Shown here: positions 30,540 through 38,182 of the stretch, piece by piece
Layout: each line of letters starts with the position of its first letter
Numbering within the stretch: the stretch's first letter is position 1
DNA from: Candidatus Adlerbacteria bacterium
GTDB lineage: Bacteria; Patescibacteriota; Minisyncoccia; Phycocordibacterales; SBAW01
Direction: 5' to 3'
Assembly (NCBI GenBank): GCA_026397405.1
Contig: JAPLUW010000001.1
Span: forward strand, 407,064-471,063
DNA: 64,000 nucleotides
Position numbers and translations under genes: made by a program
Notes under the pieces: model-generated
Told to the model about the DNA's origin: nothing
The model's database searches: none
The model's input: the letters and a program-made list of their open reading frames with translations, nothing else

Positions 30540-31667
30540 ATGGAAGAATCTTTGACAAAAAAACTCGATTTTATAGTCATAGGCGCAGGTATTGCCGGGC
30601 TTTCGTGTGCTTATCACCTCACCAAAGATGGTTACAGCGTCATGGTGTTCGAGAAATCGGACGGAAAAGATAATGCAAGCTATGCCTCTACCGCGGAGAT
30701 GAATCACGATCCGGACGCAAGCTGGGATAGGATCATAAGTAAGTTTGGTATTCGGGGGGCAAGGTACATCTGGAAACTTTCTGAATTTTCTGCGCAGAAA
30801 CTTACGAAATTCGCACATCGTCCGGGGTCGGAACACTTTTCGACCAAGCGAGTGCCGGCGCATATTTTTACCTATGACCAGAAAGGCGTAACGCTCTTAA
30901 AAAAGAGATTTGAACTATATAAGAAAATAGGGGCACAGGTTACGTTCACAGAAAACGCAAAATCTCTGCACAAGAATTTTCGTTCCTCGATAACTATAAA
31001 AAACGAAGGCGCAACAAATAACCAAGCTCTACTAATAGCTCTCCGGGCCGCCACGCACGAACAGGGTGGCAAGGTTATGTACAAGACGCCAGTAGTAGAT
31101 CTCAAGGTCAACAAGCAGGGGGTAGAAGTCAGAACAAAAAAAGGGAATATATTTCATGCAAAGCATGTGATACTCGCGACAGGCGGAATAGAGCTCATTA
31201 ATCTCCCGATCAAGATTGGGAGAGAGCGAACGTTTGTTGTGAGTTACAAAAAGCGAAATATGGACAAACTTTTCTCGTCTTCGCTCCTGTGGGATACAGC
31301 TGAGCCATTTCATTACATCCGTTCATTTGTAGGAAAGCGACTTTGGGTCGGAGGAGAAGACGTGGCAGAGGAATCCTATACACCTAGCTCGGACAAAAGG
31401 CATATTGCTGCACTGGATAAATATTCCAGAGAAGTATTGGCACTTGATTCCTCATACGTTCTTGAAAAGAAAAAAAGTTGGAGCGGAGTTTTTTTTCCGA
31501 CCGCGCGTGGATTGCCGTATATTGGCGACGTAGCCGGAACACCTATAAAACTTGCATTAGGATTCGGTGGGTCAGGTATTCTTATGTCTTTTGTATCTGG
31601 ATATCTAATTGCCTCATGGCTGAAGAAAAAAGAAATGAAATACAAACCGCTGTTCAAGATATGGTGA
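30540..31667 (+). CDS. FAD-dependent oxidoreductase (DAO family)
   Basis: IVIGAGIAGLSCAY, VILATG, GLPYIG, GFGGSG. Confidence 0.85.
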   Translation: MEESLTKKLDFIVIGAGIAGLSCAYHLTKDGYSVMVFEKSDGKDNASYASTAEMNHDPDASWDRIISKFGIRGARYIWKLSEFSAQKLTKFAHRPGSEHFSTKRVPAHIFTYDQKGVTLLKKRFELYKKIGAQVTFTENAKSLHKNFRSSITIKNEGATNNQALLIALRAATHEQGGKVMYKTPVVDLKVNKQGVEVRTKKGNIFHAKHVILATGGIELINLPIKIGRERTFVVSYKKRNMDKLFSSSLLWDTAEPFHYIRSFVGKRLWVGGEDVAEESYTPSSDKRHIAALDKYSREVLALDSSYVLEKKKSWSGVFFPTARGLPYIGDVAGTPIKLALGFGGSGILMSFVSGYLIASWLKKKEMKYKPLFKIW

Positions 31668-31741
31668 ACTTTTACTCCGAATTGGGGAGCTAAGATGTCG
31701 GGGAAAAGGGGCTGGAAAACTGAGGCTTTTAGTGTCTGATC

Positions 31742-31791
31742 AATACAAATAAAAAAACTCTAACTTTTGTTAGAGTTTTTTTATTTGTATT
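31742..31791. terminator. bidirectional terminator, 23-bp perfect stem
   Basis: AATACAAATAAAAAAACTCTAAC TTTT GTTAGAGTTTTTTTATTTGTATT between convergent genes. Confidence 0.85.
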
Positions 31792-31801
31792 TCAGATGTA
31801 T

Positions 31802-32203
31802 TTATTTTGGCATCAAGACTGAGTCGATGACATGGATTACTCCGTTTGTACATTCTATGTCTGTTTGTACTACTTTGGCGTCGTTTACCATAACTCCATT
31901 TGCAGTGTCTATTTTAACTTCACCACCCTGTACTGTCTTTGCAGAAGTTAGACCCATTACATCAGAAGCCATTACTTTTCCTGCCACTACATGGTACGTA
32001 AGTATAGCTGTTAGCTTTGCTTTATCCGCGAGGACTGCATCGAGAGTCTCTTTTGGAATTTTGGCGAAAGCCTCATCAGTTGGAGCAAATACAGTGAAGG
32101 GCCCTGCACCAGATAGAGTGTCTACTAATCCTGCTACTTGTACTGCTGTTACTAAAGTTTTAAAGGATCCTGCCGCGACAGCTGTTTCTACGATATTTTG
32201 CAT
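31802..32203 (-). CDS. fasciclin (FAS1) domain protein, no signal peptide
   Basis: [31 protein letters not shown]. Confidence 0.93.
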   Translation of the reverse strand: MQNIVETAVAAGSFKTLVTAVQVAGLVDTLSGAGPFTVFAPTDEAFAKIPKETLDAVLADKAKLTAILTYHVVAGKVMASDVMGLTSAKTVQGGEVKIDTANGVMVNDAKVVQTDIECTNGVIHVIDSVLMPK

Positions 32204-32265
32204 ATATTTATTTTAAATTGATTAAATATTGTTAATGCATACATGAAACAATTCGGGGTCGGAGA

Positions 32266-32472
32266 TTACTTTCTTCCAAGGTTTCCTAATTGAGTAAGAA
32301 GGTATACAGCTGATAGTCCTACCAATGTATATACTATTCTTGAGATTGCTGACATGTCACCAAACAGAGTTGCAACTAAGTCGAAATTTATTACCCCAAC
32401 TAATGCCCAGTTTAGACCACCTACAATCACAAGGATCATAGATACTAAATCCAATAAGTTTAATTTATTCAT
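32266..32472 (-). CDS. DUF378 family membrane protein
   Basis: LVIVGGLNWALVG..FDLVA.LFG..SRIVY.LVGLSA. Confidence 0.88.
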   Translation of the reverse strand: MNKLNLLDLVSMILVIVGGLNWALVGVINFDLVATLFGDMSAISRIVYTLVGLSAVYLLTQLGNLGRK

Positions 32473-32584
32473 TTTATTTTTTTAATATTTTAAATTATCA
32501 ATTCGACCTTCCTCACTTGATATAGTTATATTATAAGATTTATGATAAAATAATGCAATACTTGTTTATAATTAACAATAACGT

Positions 32585-33241
32585 ATGTCGATGAATAAAA
32601 CTATGATCAATATACTTATCGCTTTGTTTGTTATTGTGGTGCTTTGGTCTATCTCAGGATTTTTTGGTTCTCGTGTTGAGCAAGCTGACTATACTGTCCT
32701 TGAGATAAAGGATGGATATGAAATACGAGAATATCCGGCACATATCGTAGCGCAGACTATGGTAAAGGGTTCTTATGGAGAATCTATGAATAATGGTTTT
32801 AGAATTGTGGCTGGGTATATCTTTGGCGGGAATACAAAAAAAGAAAGCATAGCCATGACCGCTCCAGTCGTCGCGCAAAGTGGCAAAGGTGAAAAAATAT
32901 CAGAAAGCATAGCCATGACTGTACCAGTCGTCGCGACGACTGAGGGCGACTCGCAAATAATATCTTTCGGCATGCCTCGTTCTTATACTCTGGAAACATT
33001 GCCGACACCAAATGATCCTCGAGTGAAAATTGTGATGATTCCTACCAAGAAATATGCAGTACTGCAGTTCTCATGGTATCGCTCGGATGCTCGGGTAAAA
33101 AACATGCAAGAAAAATTAGCTTCGGCACTTGCTCGTGATGGAGTAGCAACAAAGGGAAACACTGCATACGCTGGATACAATGCACCGTGGACTCCACCGT
33201 GGATGAATCGTAACGAAGTATTGGTTGAAATTATTAATTAA
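32585..33241 (+). CDS. SOUL heme-binding protein
   Basis: YEIREYP, GFR.VAGYIFGGN, IAMTAPV, YNAPWTPPW..RNEV. Confidence 0.9.
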   Translation: MSMNKTMINILIALFVIVVLWSISGFFGSRVEQADYTVLEIKDGYEIREYPAHIVAQTMVKGSYGESMNNGFRIVAGYIFGGNTKKESIAMTAPVVAQSGKGEKISESIAMTVPVVATTEGDSQIISFGMPRSYTLETLPTPNDPRVKIVMIPTKKYAVLQFSWYRSDARVKNMQEKLASALARDGVATKGNTAYAGYNAPWTPPWMNRNEVLVEIIN

Positions 33242-33252
33242 TCTTATTTTTT

Positions 33253-33651
33253 ATGTTCATAAAACTTTACGCAATCGCATTACCAGTTTTCTTCGCCATC
33301 GACATGGTGTGGCTCGGGCTCGTGGCCAAAGACTTTTATCGAGGGCAAATAGGCACGCTTATGAAAAGTGATGTCAACTGGACCGCGGGGATTATTTTTT
33401 ACCTGATATTTATTGTGGGACTAGTGGTATTTGTCATCACACCAGCCGTGGAAAGGGGCTCATGGACGCACGCACTACTTTTCGGTGCGCTGTTTGGTTT
33501 GGTGTGTTATGCAACCTATGACCTCACCAACCTCGCGACACTCAAAGATTGGCCATTGCTCGTAACTATCGTTGATTTAGCGTGGGGTGCAGTACTCGCG
33601 GCTTCCGTATCTACCGCGACATACTTCATCGCAAGCAAGATCGGTTTATGA
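33253..33651 (+). CDS. DUF2177 family membrane protein
   Basis: IDMVWLG, YATYDLTNLATLKDWP..DLAWG. Confidence 0.88.
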   Translation: MFIKLYAIALPVFFAIDMVWLGLVAKDFYRGQIGTLMKSDVNWTAGIIFYLIFIVGLVVFVITPAVERGSWTHALLFGALFGLVCYATYDLTNLATLKDWPLLVTIVDLAWGAVLAASVSTATYFIASKIGL

Positions 33652-34412
33652 GTTATTACACAGCGCTCATTTTACTATTGTTTGCATACATGAGCCTGTG
33701 GTTTGCGGTTTCTTTGATTAAAAAAAGGAATGATGTGGCTGATGTGGCATGGGGTCTGGGATTCGTACTCATGACATGGGTGTCTTTTTTTCTTTCGGAT
33801 GATTCGGGAGTAAGAGGGCTGCTGGTGGGTATCTTGGTAACTGTGTGGGGCTTGCGTTTGGCGTGGCATATTCATGCACGAAACAAGGGCAAGGCGGAGG
33901 ACTATCGGTATCTCGCGTGGCGGAAAGAATGGGGCAAGTGGTTTTATATTCGTTCGTATTTCCAAGTCTATCTTTTGCAAGGTCTGTTTTTGTTTCTCAT
34001 CGTTCTGCCAGTACTGCTTATAAACAAAAGTGCAAGCGGAGATATCGGCTTACTCGATTTCTTAGGCGTAGCCGTTTGGCTCTTTGGTTTTTATTATGAA
34101 GCTGTCGGTGATGCACAACTCGCCCGATTTATTAAAAATCCTGCAAACAAAGGTAAGCTACTGCAAAGCGGACTGTGGGCATATACTCGGCATCCAAATT
34201 ATTTTGGTGAAGTAACGCAATGGTGGGGCATTTGGCTTGTCGCGCTTTCTGTACCTAGTGGTTGGTTTAGTATAATTGGGCCGATAACTATAACCTTTTT
34301 GATTTTGAAAGTTTCAGGTATTCCTATGCTCGAGAAAAAAATGGAAGAGAATCCAGATTTTGCAGAGTATAAAAGTAAAACAAGCGTATTTATTCCGTTG
34401 CCTAGAAAATAA
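33648..34412 (+). CDS. DUF1295 / steroid 5-alpha-reductase-like membrane protein
   Basis: DVAWG, WGLRL, EDYRY, GLWAYTRHPNYFGE; ATGA overlap with previous gene. Confidence 0.88.
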   Translation: MSYYTALILLLFAYMSLWFAVSLIKKRNDVADVAWGLGFVLMTWVSFFLSDDSGVRGLLVGILVTVWGLRLAWHIHARNKGKAEDYRYLAWRKEWGKWFYIRSYFQVYLLQGLFLFLIVLPVLLINKSASGDIGLLDFLGVAVWLFGFYYEAVGDAQLARFIKNPANKGKLLQSGLWAYTRHPNYFGEVTQWWGIWLVALSVPSGWFSIIGPITITFLILKVSGIPMLEKKMEENPDFAEYKSKTSVFIPLPRK

Positions 34413-34418
34413 CGTAGC

Positions 34419-34856
34419 ATGCATAATTTTGATCCACGCTTTAAACCAGACCTTACTCCAAAAGAAATGCTTCGTCTTGGAGTCTTTGGCGGATTATATT
34501 TTTCTGATAAGCCGAAGGAATTTCCAAAAGATTGGTGGCGGAGTGCAAAATTATCACCCGATGGAAAACGGCACAAAGAACTGAATTATTTTGGCGTGAA
34601 TGCCAGTCAGCCGCTTTCAGTGTGGCAAGCCAAAGGCTGGATCAATCCACAAGATCCACGTGGATGGTTTCAGTGGTATTGCAGATACTATATGGGTCGT
34701 AGAACAGCCGACGACGAGCGACAAATTAAAAGATGGCTCGCTATGCGACGACATATAATGCAAATCAAAAATAATTGCAGAGCTGAAGATATTTTTTGTC
34801 GGCCTCGCCAAAGACAAGCGGTATTGCATTGGGCCTATGACGCGAGAAAAATGTGA
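34419..34856 (+). CDS. conserved hypothetical protein (LTP.EM..LGVFGG.Y / DPRGWFQWYCRY family)
   Basis: Trp/Arg-rich conserved-looking motifs; RQAVLHWAYD. Confidence 0.8.
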   Translation: MHNFDPRFKPDLTPKEMLRLGVFGGLYFSDKPKEFPKDWWRSAKLSPDGKRHKELNYFGVNASQPLSVWQAKGWINPQDPRGWFQWYCRYYMGRRTADDERQIKRWLAMRRHIMQIKNNCRAEDIFCRPRQRQAVLHWAYDARKM

Positions 34857-34880
34857 TCTAGGGAGCAATCCCCGTTGTTT

Positions 34881-35431
34881 TATAATGTTTTCTAAAAACG
34901 GCGAGGATTGTTGTGCGCGCATAGGGCGGGCGGGGCAAGCACATACAGATTTGTTTGTGCCTATGCACAATCCATATTCTTTAGGGTTACCACTCCACTC
35001 CCTCGAAGCCACCAAGCGAACAGACACAACGCCAAAGCAGCCAGCGCGAGCGAATGCGAGCGGGCTATGCGGAGGCGATTGTGTGTGGTTCGCGGACTCT
35101 AGAACTACCACTAAACGTCGCTATGGCACGCGCCTCGGTCGCCACAAGGAAATGGAGCAAATGGGCTTCATTGTGATAACTTTGTTGCCCTTTGTGGAGT
35201 TTCCTTGTGGCGAAGCAAAACCAAAAATTTCCTTTCCATTTCTTTTTCCGCTTCGCGGTGGAGGGGTGGGGGGAGGAGACGCGAGAAAAATGCAAGGAAA
35301 TTTTTTGGTTTTTGCACACGCGAGTCCGCGAGCGTGTCCGAGGCGCATTCCACTACGCGCTCCGCGCGTGCGATTAGTCGGAGTCAGGATTCAACTCAAA
35401 ATACATTCGAACTTTGTTTAATACACACCGC
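34881..35431. other. non-coding block of nested long hairpins ending at attR
   Basis: stems 34905-34911/34967-34973; 35016-35021/35088-35093; 35139-35152/35200-35213 (14-bp perfect); 35215-35234/35294-35315; 35130-35138/35338-35346. Confidence 0.7.
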
Positions 35432-35600
35432 AAAATAATGCGCCCGACAAGTATGTATTGGGGGGGGATTATATTTTTGCGTGAGAAGCGGATATTTATA
35501 ATTCACCCAGTGCTCCTAGCACGACATCTATTAATAGGTAATAATGTCACTACTGAAGGCCGTTTTCATACGTATCTTTATTCTCTAATACAATTCACAC

Positions 35601-36344
35601 ATGCATTTAAAAGGACTTGTTGATTATGCCCAACCTTTGGTGGCAGCGGGAACGGTGCTCTCATTGGCCTTTGTCATCTCTGTTGGTATCGGGGCATACA
35701 CCTCCTACCAAATTAAGGTGGAAAGTAACACCATCGAAGTGACGGGTTCGGCAAAAGAATCAGTCGTTTCTGACTTTGGACGTTGGACCATTAACCTTAC
35801 TACCGCGACATCTGTCGATAATCAACAAGTGGGGTTCGACCGGTTGGAGAATGCCTCAAAACATATTCTTGCGTATCTTGCTGGCCAGGGATTCGCGAAT
35901 GTAGAAACTCCTGCTCCTGTAGTCGATTCGAGTTATATATATCCTGAAAAGAGCGCACCTATACTTACTGGCTATACAGTATCGCGCCAGATAATTGTAA
36001 GCAGTGCTGACATTGATAAGCTTTCAGTGCTTGCAGGGTCGGTAGCTCCGCTGTCTGGCTTTGGGTATAACGTAACTACAAATAGCGTAGAGCTTACGTA
36101 TCAAAAACTTCCGGAAGAAAGAGTCGTGCTGCTCTCAGGTGCCATTAAAGATGCACAGGCTCGCGCGGAAGCCATCGCAAAAGAAACTGGAAGGTCGGTA
36201 GGGGCCCTTAAGTCAGCCACGGGCGGGGTAGTACAAGTCCTTCCTAAAGGCGGTGTTGATATAAGTGACTCTGGTATGTATGACACCTCCAATAAAAATA
36301 AGGATGTGATGGTTACTGTGCGAGCCAGTTTCATTTTGAAATAA
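35601..36344 (+). CDS. SIMPL (DUF541) domain protein
   Basis: TM anchor; IEVTGSA; AIKDAQARAEAIA; K.V.VTV.ASF. Confidence 0.85.
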   Translation: MHLKGLVDYAQPLVAAGTVLSLAFVISVGIGAYTSYQIKVESNTIEVTGSAKESVVSDFGRWTINLTTATSVDNQQVGFDRLENASKHILAYLAGQGFANVETPAPVVDSSYIYPEKSAPILTGYTVSRQIIVSSADIDKLSVLAGSVAPLSGFGYNVTTNSVELTYQKLPEERVVLLSGAIKDAQARAEAIAKETGRSVGALKSATGGVVQVLPKGGVDISDSGMYDTSNKNKDVMVTVRASFILK

Positions 36345-36419
36345 CGGATGTTTTAGGAGGCTCAGAAATTGGGGTTAGTAGTATTCTCCGTCAAAAGAAA
36401 AACGAACACAAAGTGTTCG

Positions 36420-36863
36420 TTAGAGATTTCGAGCATTTAGTTGCTCCTGTGTGAGTTCGTCTAGCGTAATTACAAATCCCAGGCCGTGGAACATGTCTAT
36501 CACGCGGTCGATAATACTGTATACAGGGCGTGGTAGCGGGTTGCCCCAACCTGGGTCGCCTCCATGCCATCCGAACGAAAGCACAGTGTGCGGTGCCAGG
36601 GATGACACGTCCGCTTGTTCGTGAGGTACAAGTTTGTCTTGCTTCAATATTGCAGTCAGTGCTTCACGTACAAGCGTTACCATTGTGGGGTCGGTAATTA
36701 TTACATCCCAACTACAGGTAAGGTTGCGCTCTTGTATGTCGATATGGTGTAGCTCGTTGATAACGACGGTGTACTTTTCGCAAAGAGCTTTTGCACGCGC
36801 CTCGCTAATTGAAGAAGTAAAACCACTCTTTCTAGTGCCCGTGCACAGTATGAGGTTCGGCAT
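36420..36863 (-). CDS. hypothetical protein
   Basis: 147-aa ATG ORF with AGGAG upstream. Confidence 0.6.
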   Translation of the reverse strand: MPNLILCTGTRKSGFTSSISEARAKALCEKYTVVINELHHIDIQERNLTCSWDVIITDPTMVTLVREALTAILKQDKLVPHEQADVSSLAPHTVLSFGWHGGDPGWGNPLPRPVYSIIDRVIDMFHGLGFVITLDELTQEQLNARNL

Positions 36864-37009
36864 GAATGTATCTCCTTGTGCGTTGTGTCCGAATATTGAA
36901 ACGAATTTTATAAGTGAAAAGTCACCAAGTTTCTAAATTTAGAAAACTATAGACATTGCAAAACGGCACTGTATAAGTAGTATAAAATCAGCCAGTACAG
37001 GAGGGGCAC

Positions 37010-37567
37010 ATGACCGATTCTGGTCCAGGAAAAAGTCTTGCTGAACAACAAATTGAAAAGCACGTTCCAAGGCACTATAGGGTAATTCCTCTCAGGCCTA
37101 GGTTTGAGAAGGCAGCAAAGCCTCCGGCTGAGGTTCACGCTGAAAAACCGAAGGAAACCAAGACAGAGCTGACGGAAGAGCTCTGCGTTCGGATTAATCA
37201 ACAGTCTGAGAACCTCTCCGATGGGTCGTCCCCAACGATTACGCTCGAAGCAATAAAGAGGGAAGTCCTCCAACGTAGTGGCCTAAGCATCGAGGAATTT
37301 GAAGGGATCCGGCGTACTAGGAGACTGGCACGGCCTCGGCAGGTGTTCGCATATTTTGCCTATATGTGCGGACAAGGCTACATCGTTCGAGAGATCGGGG
37401 AAGTATGTAAACGTCACTACACAACCGTCTTGAATTCGATAGAAGAGATTGAGAGCCTTAGATGTGGTAACGTGCTCTGGAATGATGATACAGATGCCTT
37501 GGAGCTGCTTGAACAACTTTGTCAGCATTTCAAAGTATCATTGCCAAAACCCAAACCCTCCCCGTAG
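37010..37567 (+). CDS. protein with DnaA domain IV-like (Bac_DnaA_C) HTH
   Basis: RRTRRLARPRQVFAY...EIGEVCKRHYTTVLNSIEEI resembles DnaA R...ARQIAMY...IG..FG.RDHTTV. Confidence 0.65.
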   Translation: MTDSGPGKSLAEQQIEKHVPRHYRVIPLRPRFEKAAKPPAEVHAEKPKETKTELTEELCVRINQQSENLSDGSSPTITLEAIKREVLQRSGLSIEEFEGIRRTRRLARPRQVFAYFAYMCGQGYIVREIGEVCKRHYTTVLNSIEEIESLRCGNVLWNDDTDALELLEQLCQHFKVSLPKPKPSP

Positions 37568-37618
37568 TGCACGGGGAGTTTTCTTTTTAAGATTTCGCAG
37601 GCATGCTAGGCTTAGTGC

Positions 37619-38161
37619 ATGCAAGACATTACCTTTATAACCGGCAATCAAAACAAAGCCGACTATTTGGCAAAATATTTAGGCTTCTCGGTCAAGCACG
37701 TAAAGCTCGACCTAGGCGAACTACAGTCCATGGACTTGAAAGAAATTGTCGAACATAAAGTCCGCCAGGCATATTCCAAGATACAGTCCCCAGTTATTGT
37801 CGAAGATGTGTCACTCGGCTTCGAGGCACTTGGGGGCTTGCCCGGGCCGTTCATTAAATTTTTTATCGACCGTATGCCGTTCGAAACTATCTGTTCATTG
37901 CTTGCGGGAAAATCTCGAAAGGCTACTGCAACATGTGTGTTTGGATATTATGACGGCGAGATTTTAAAATTATTTGAAGGGGGGCTGGACGGAGAAATTG
38001 CAGAAGTTCCTGCGGGTGACGGTGGCTACGGTTGGGACAAAATTTTTATCCCCGACGGGTACACACAAACTCGCGCACAACTAAGTGAGGCAGACGACCA
38101 AAAAACATATCTCCAGATAAAACCATTTGCTGCACTCAAGGAGTTTTTACTATCAAGGTAG
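37619..38161 (+). CDS. non-canonical purine NTP pyrophosphatase (Ham1/ITPase family)
   Basis: FITGNQNK, ELQ, VEDVSL, GLPGPFIK, GYGWDKIF. Confidence 0.9.
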   Translation: MQDITFITGNQNKADYLAKYLGFSVKHVKLDLGELQSMDLKEIVEHKVRQAYSKIQSPVIVEDVSLGFEALGGLPGPFIKFFIDRMPFETICSLLAGKSRKATATCVFGYYDGEILKLFEGGLDGEIAEVPAGDGGYGWDKIFIPDGYTQTRAQLSEADDQKTYLQIKPFAALKEFLLSR

Positions 38162-38182
38162 GAAAGTTTTTTGTGCTAGCAT

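Larger units (their letters stand above)
23977..35431. mobile_element. tRNA-Ser-integrated genomic island with large serine recombinase
   Basis: attL at tRNA 3' end (CCGC 23977-23980), attR ...AATACACACCGC 35431; both arms are found joined, inverted, at 25341-25669; cargo visibly more AT-rich than the backbone. Confidence 0.85.

Noticed and set aside
25751-34856. Classical integron cassette array or prophage
   Set aside because: No tyrosine integron integrase, no canonical attC sites between genes and no virion or replication genes.
34617-35438. Overlapping ORFs including 34837-35421 (194 aa)
   Set aside because: No recognisable motifs; explained by GC-rich hairpin DNA, and the duplicate copy carries indels.
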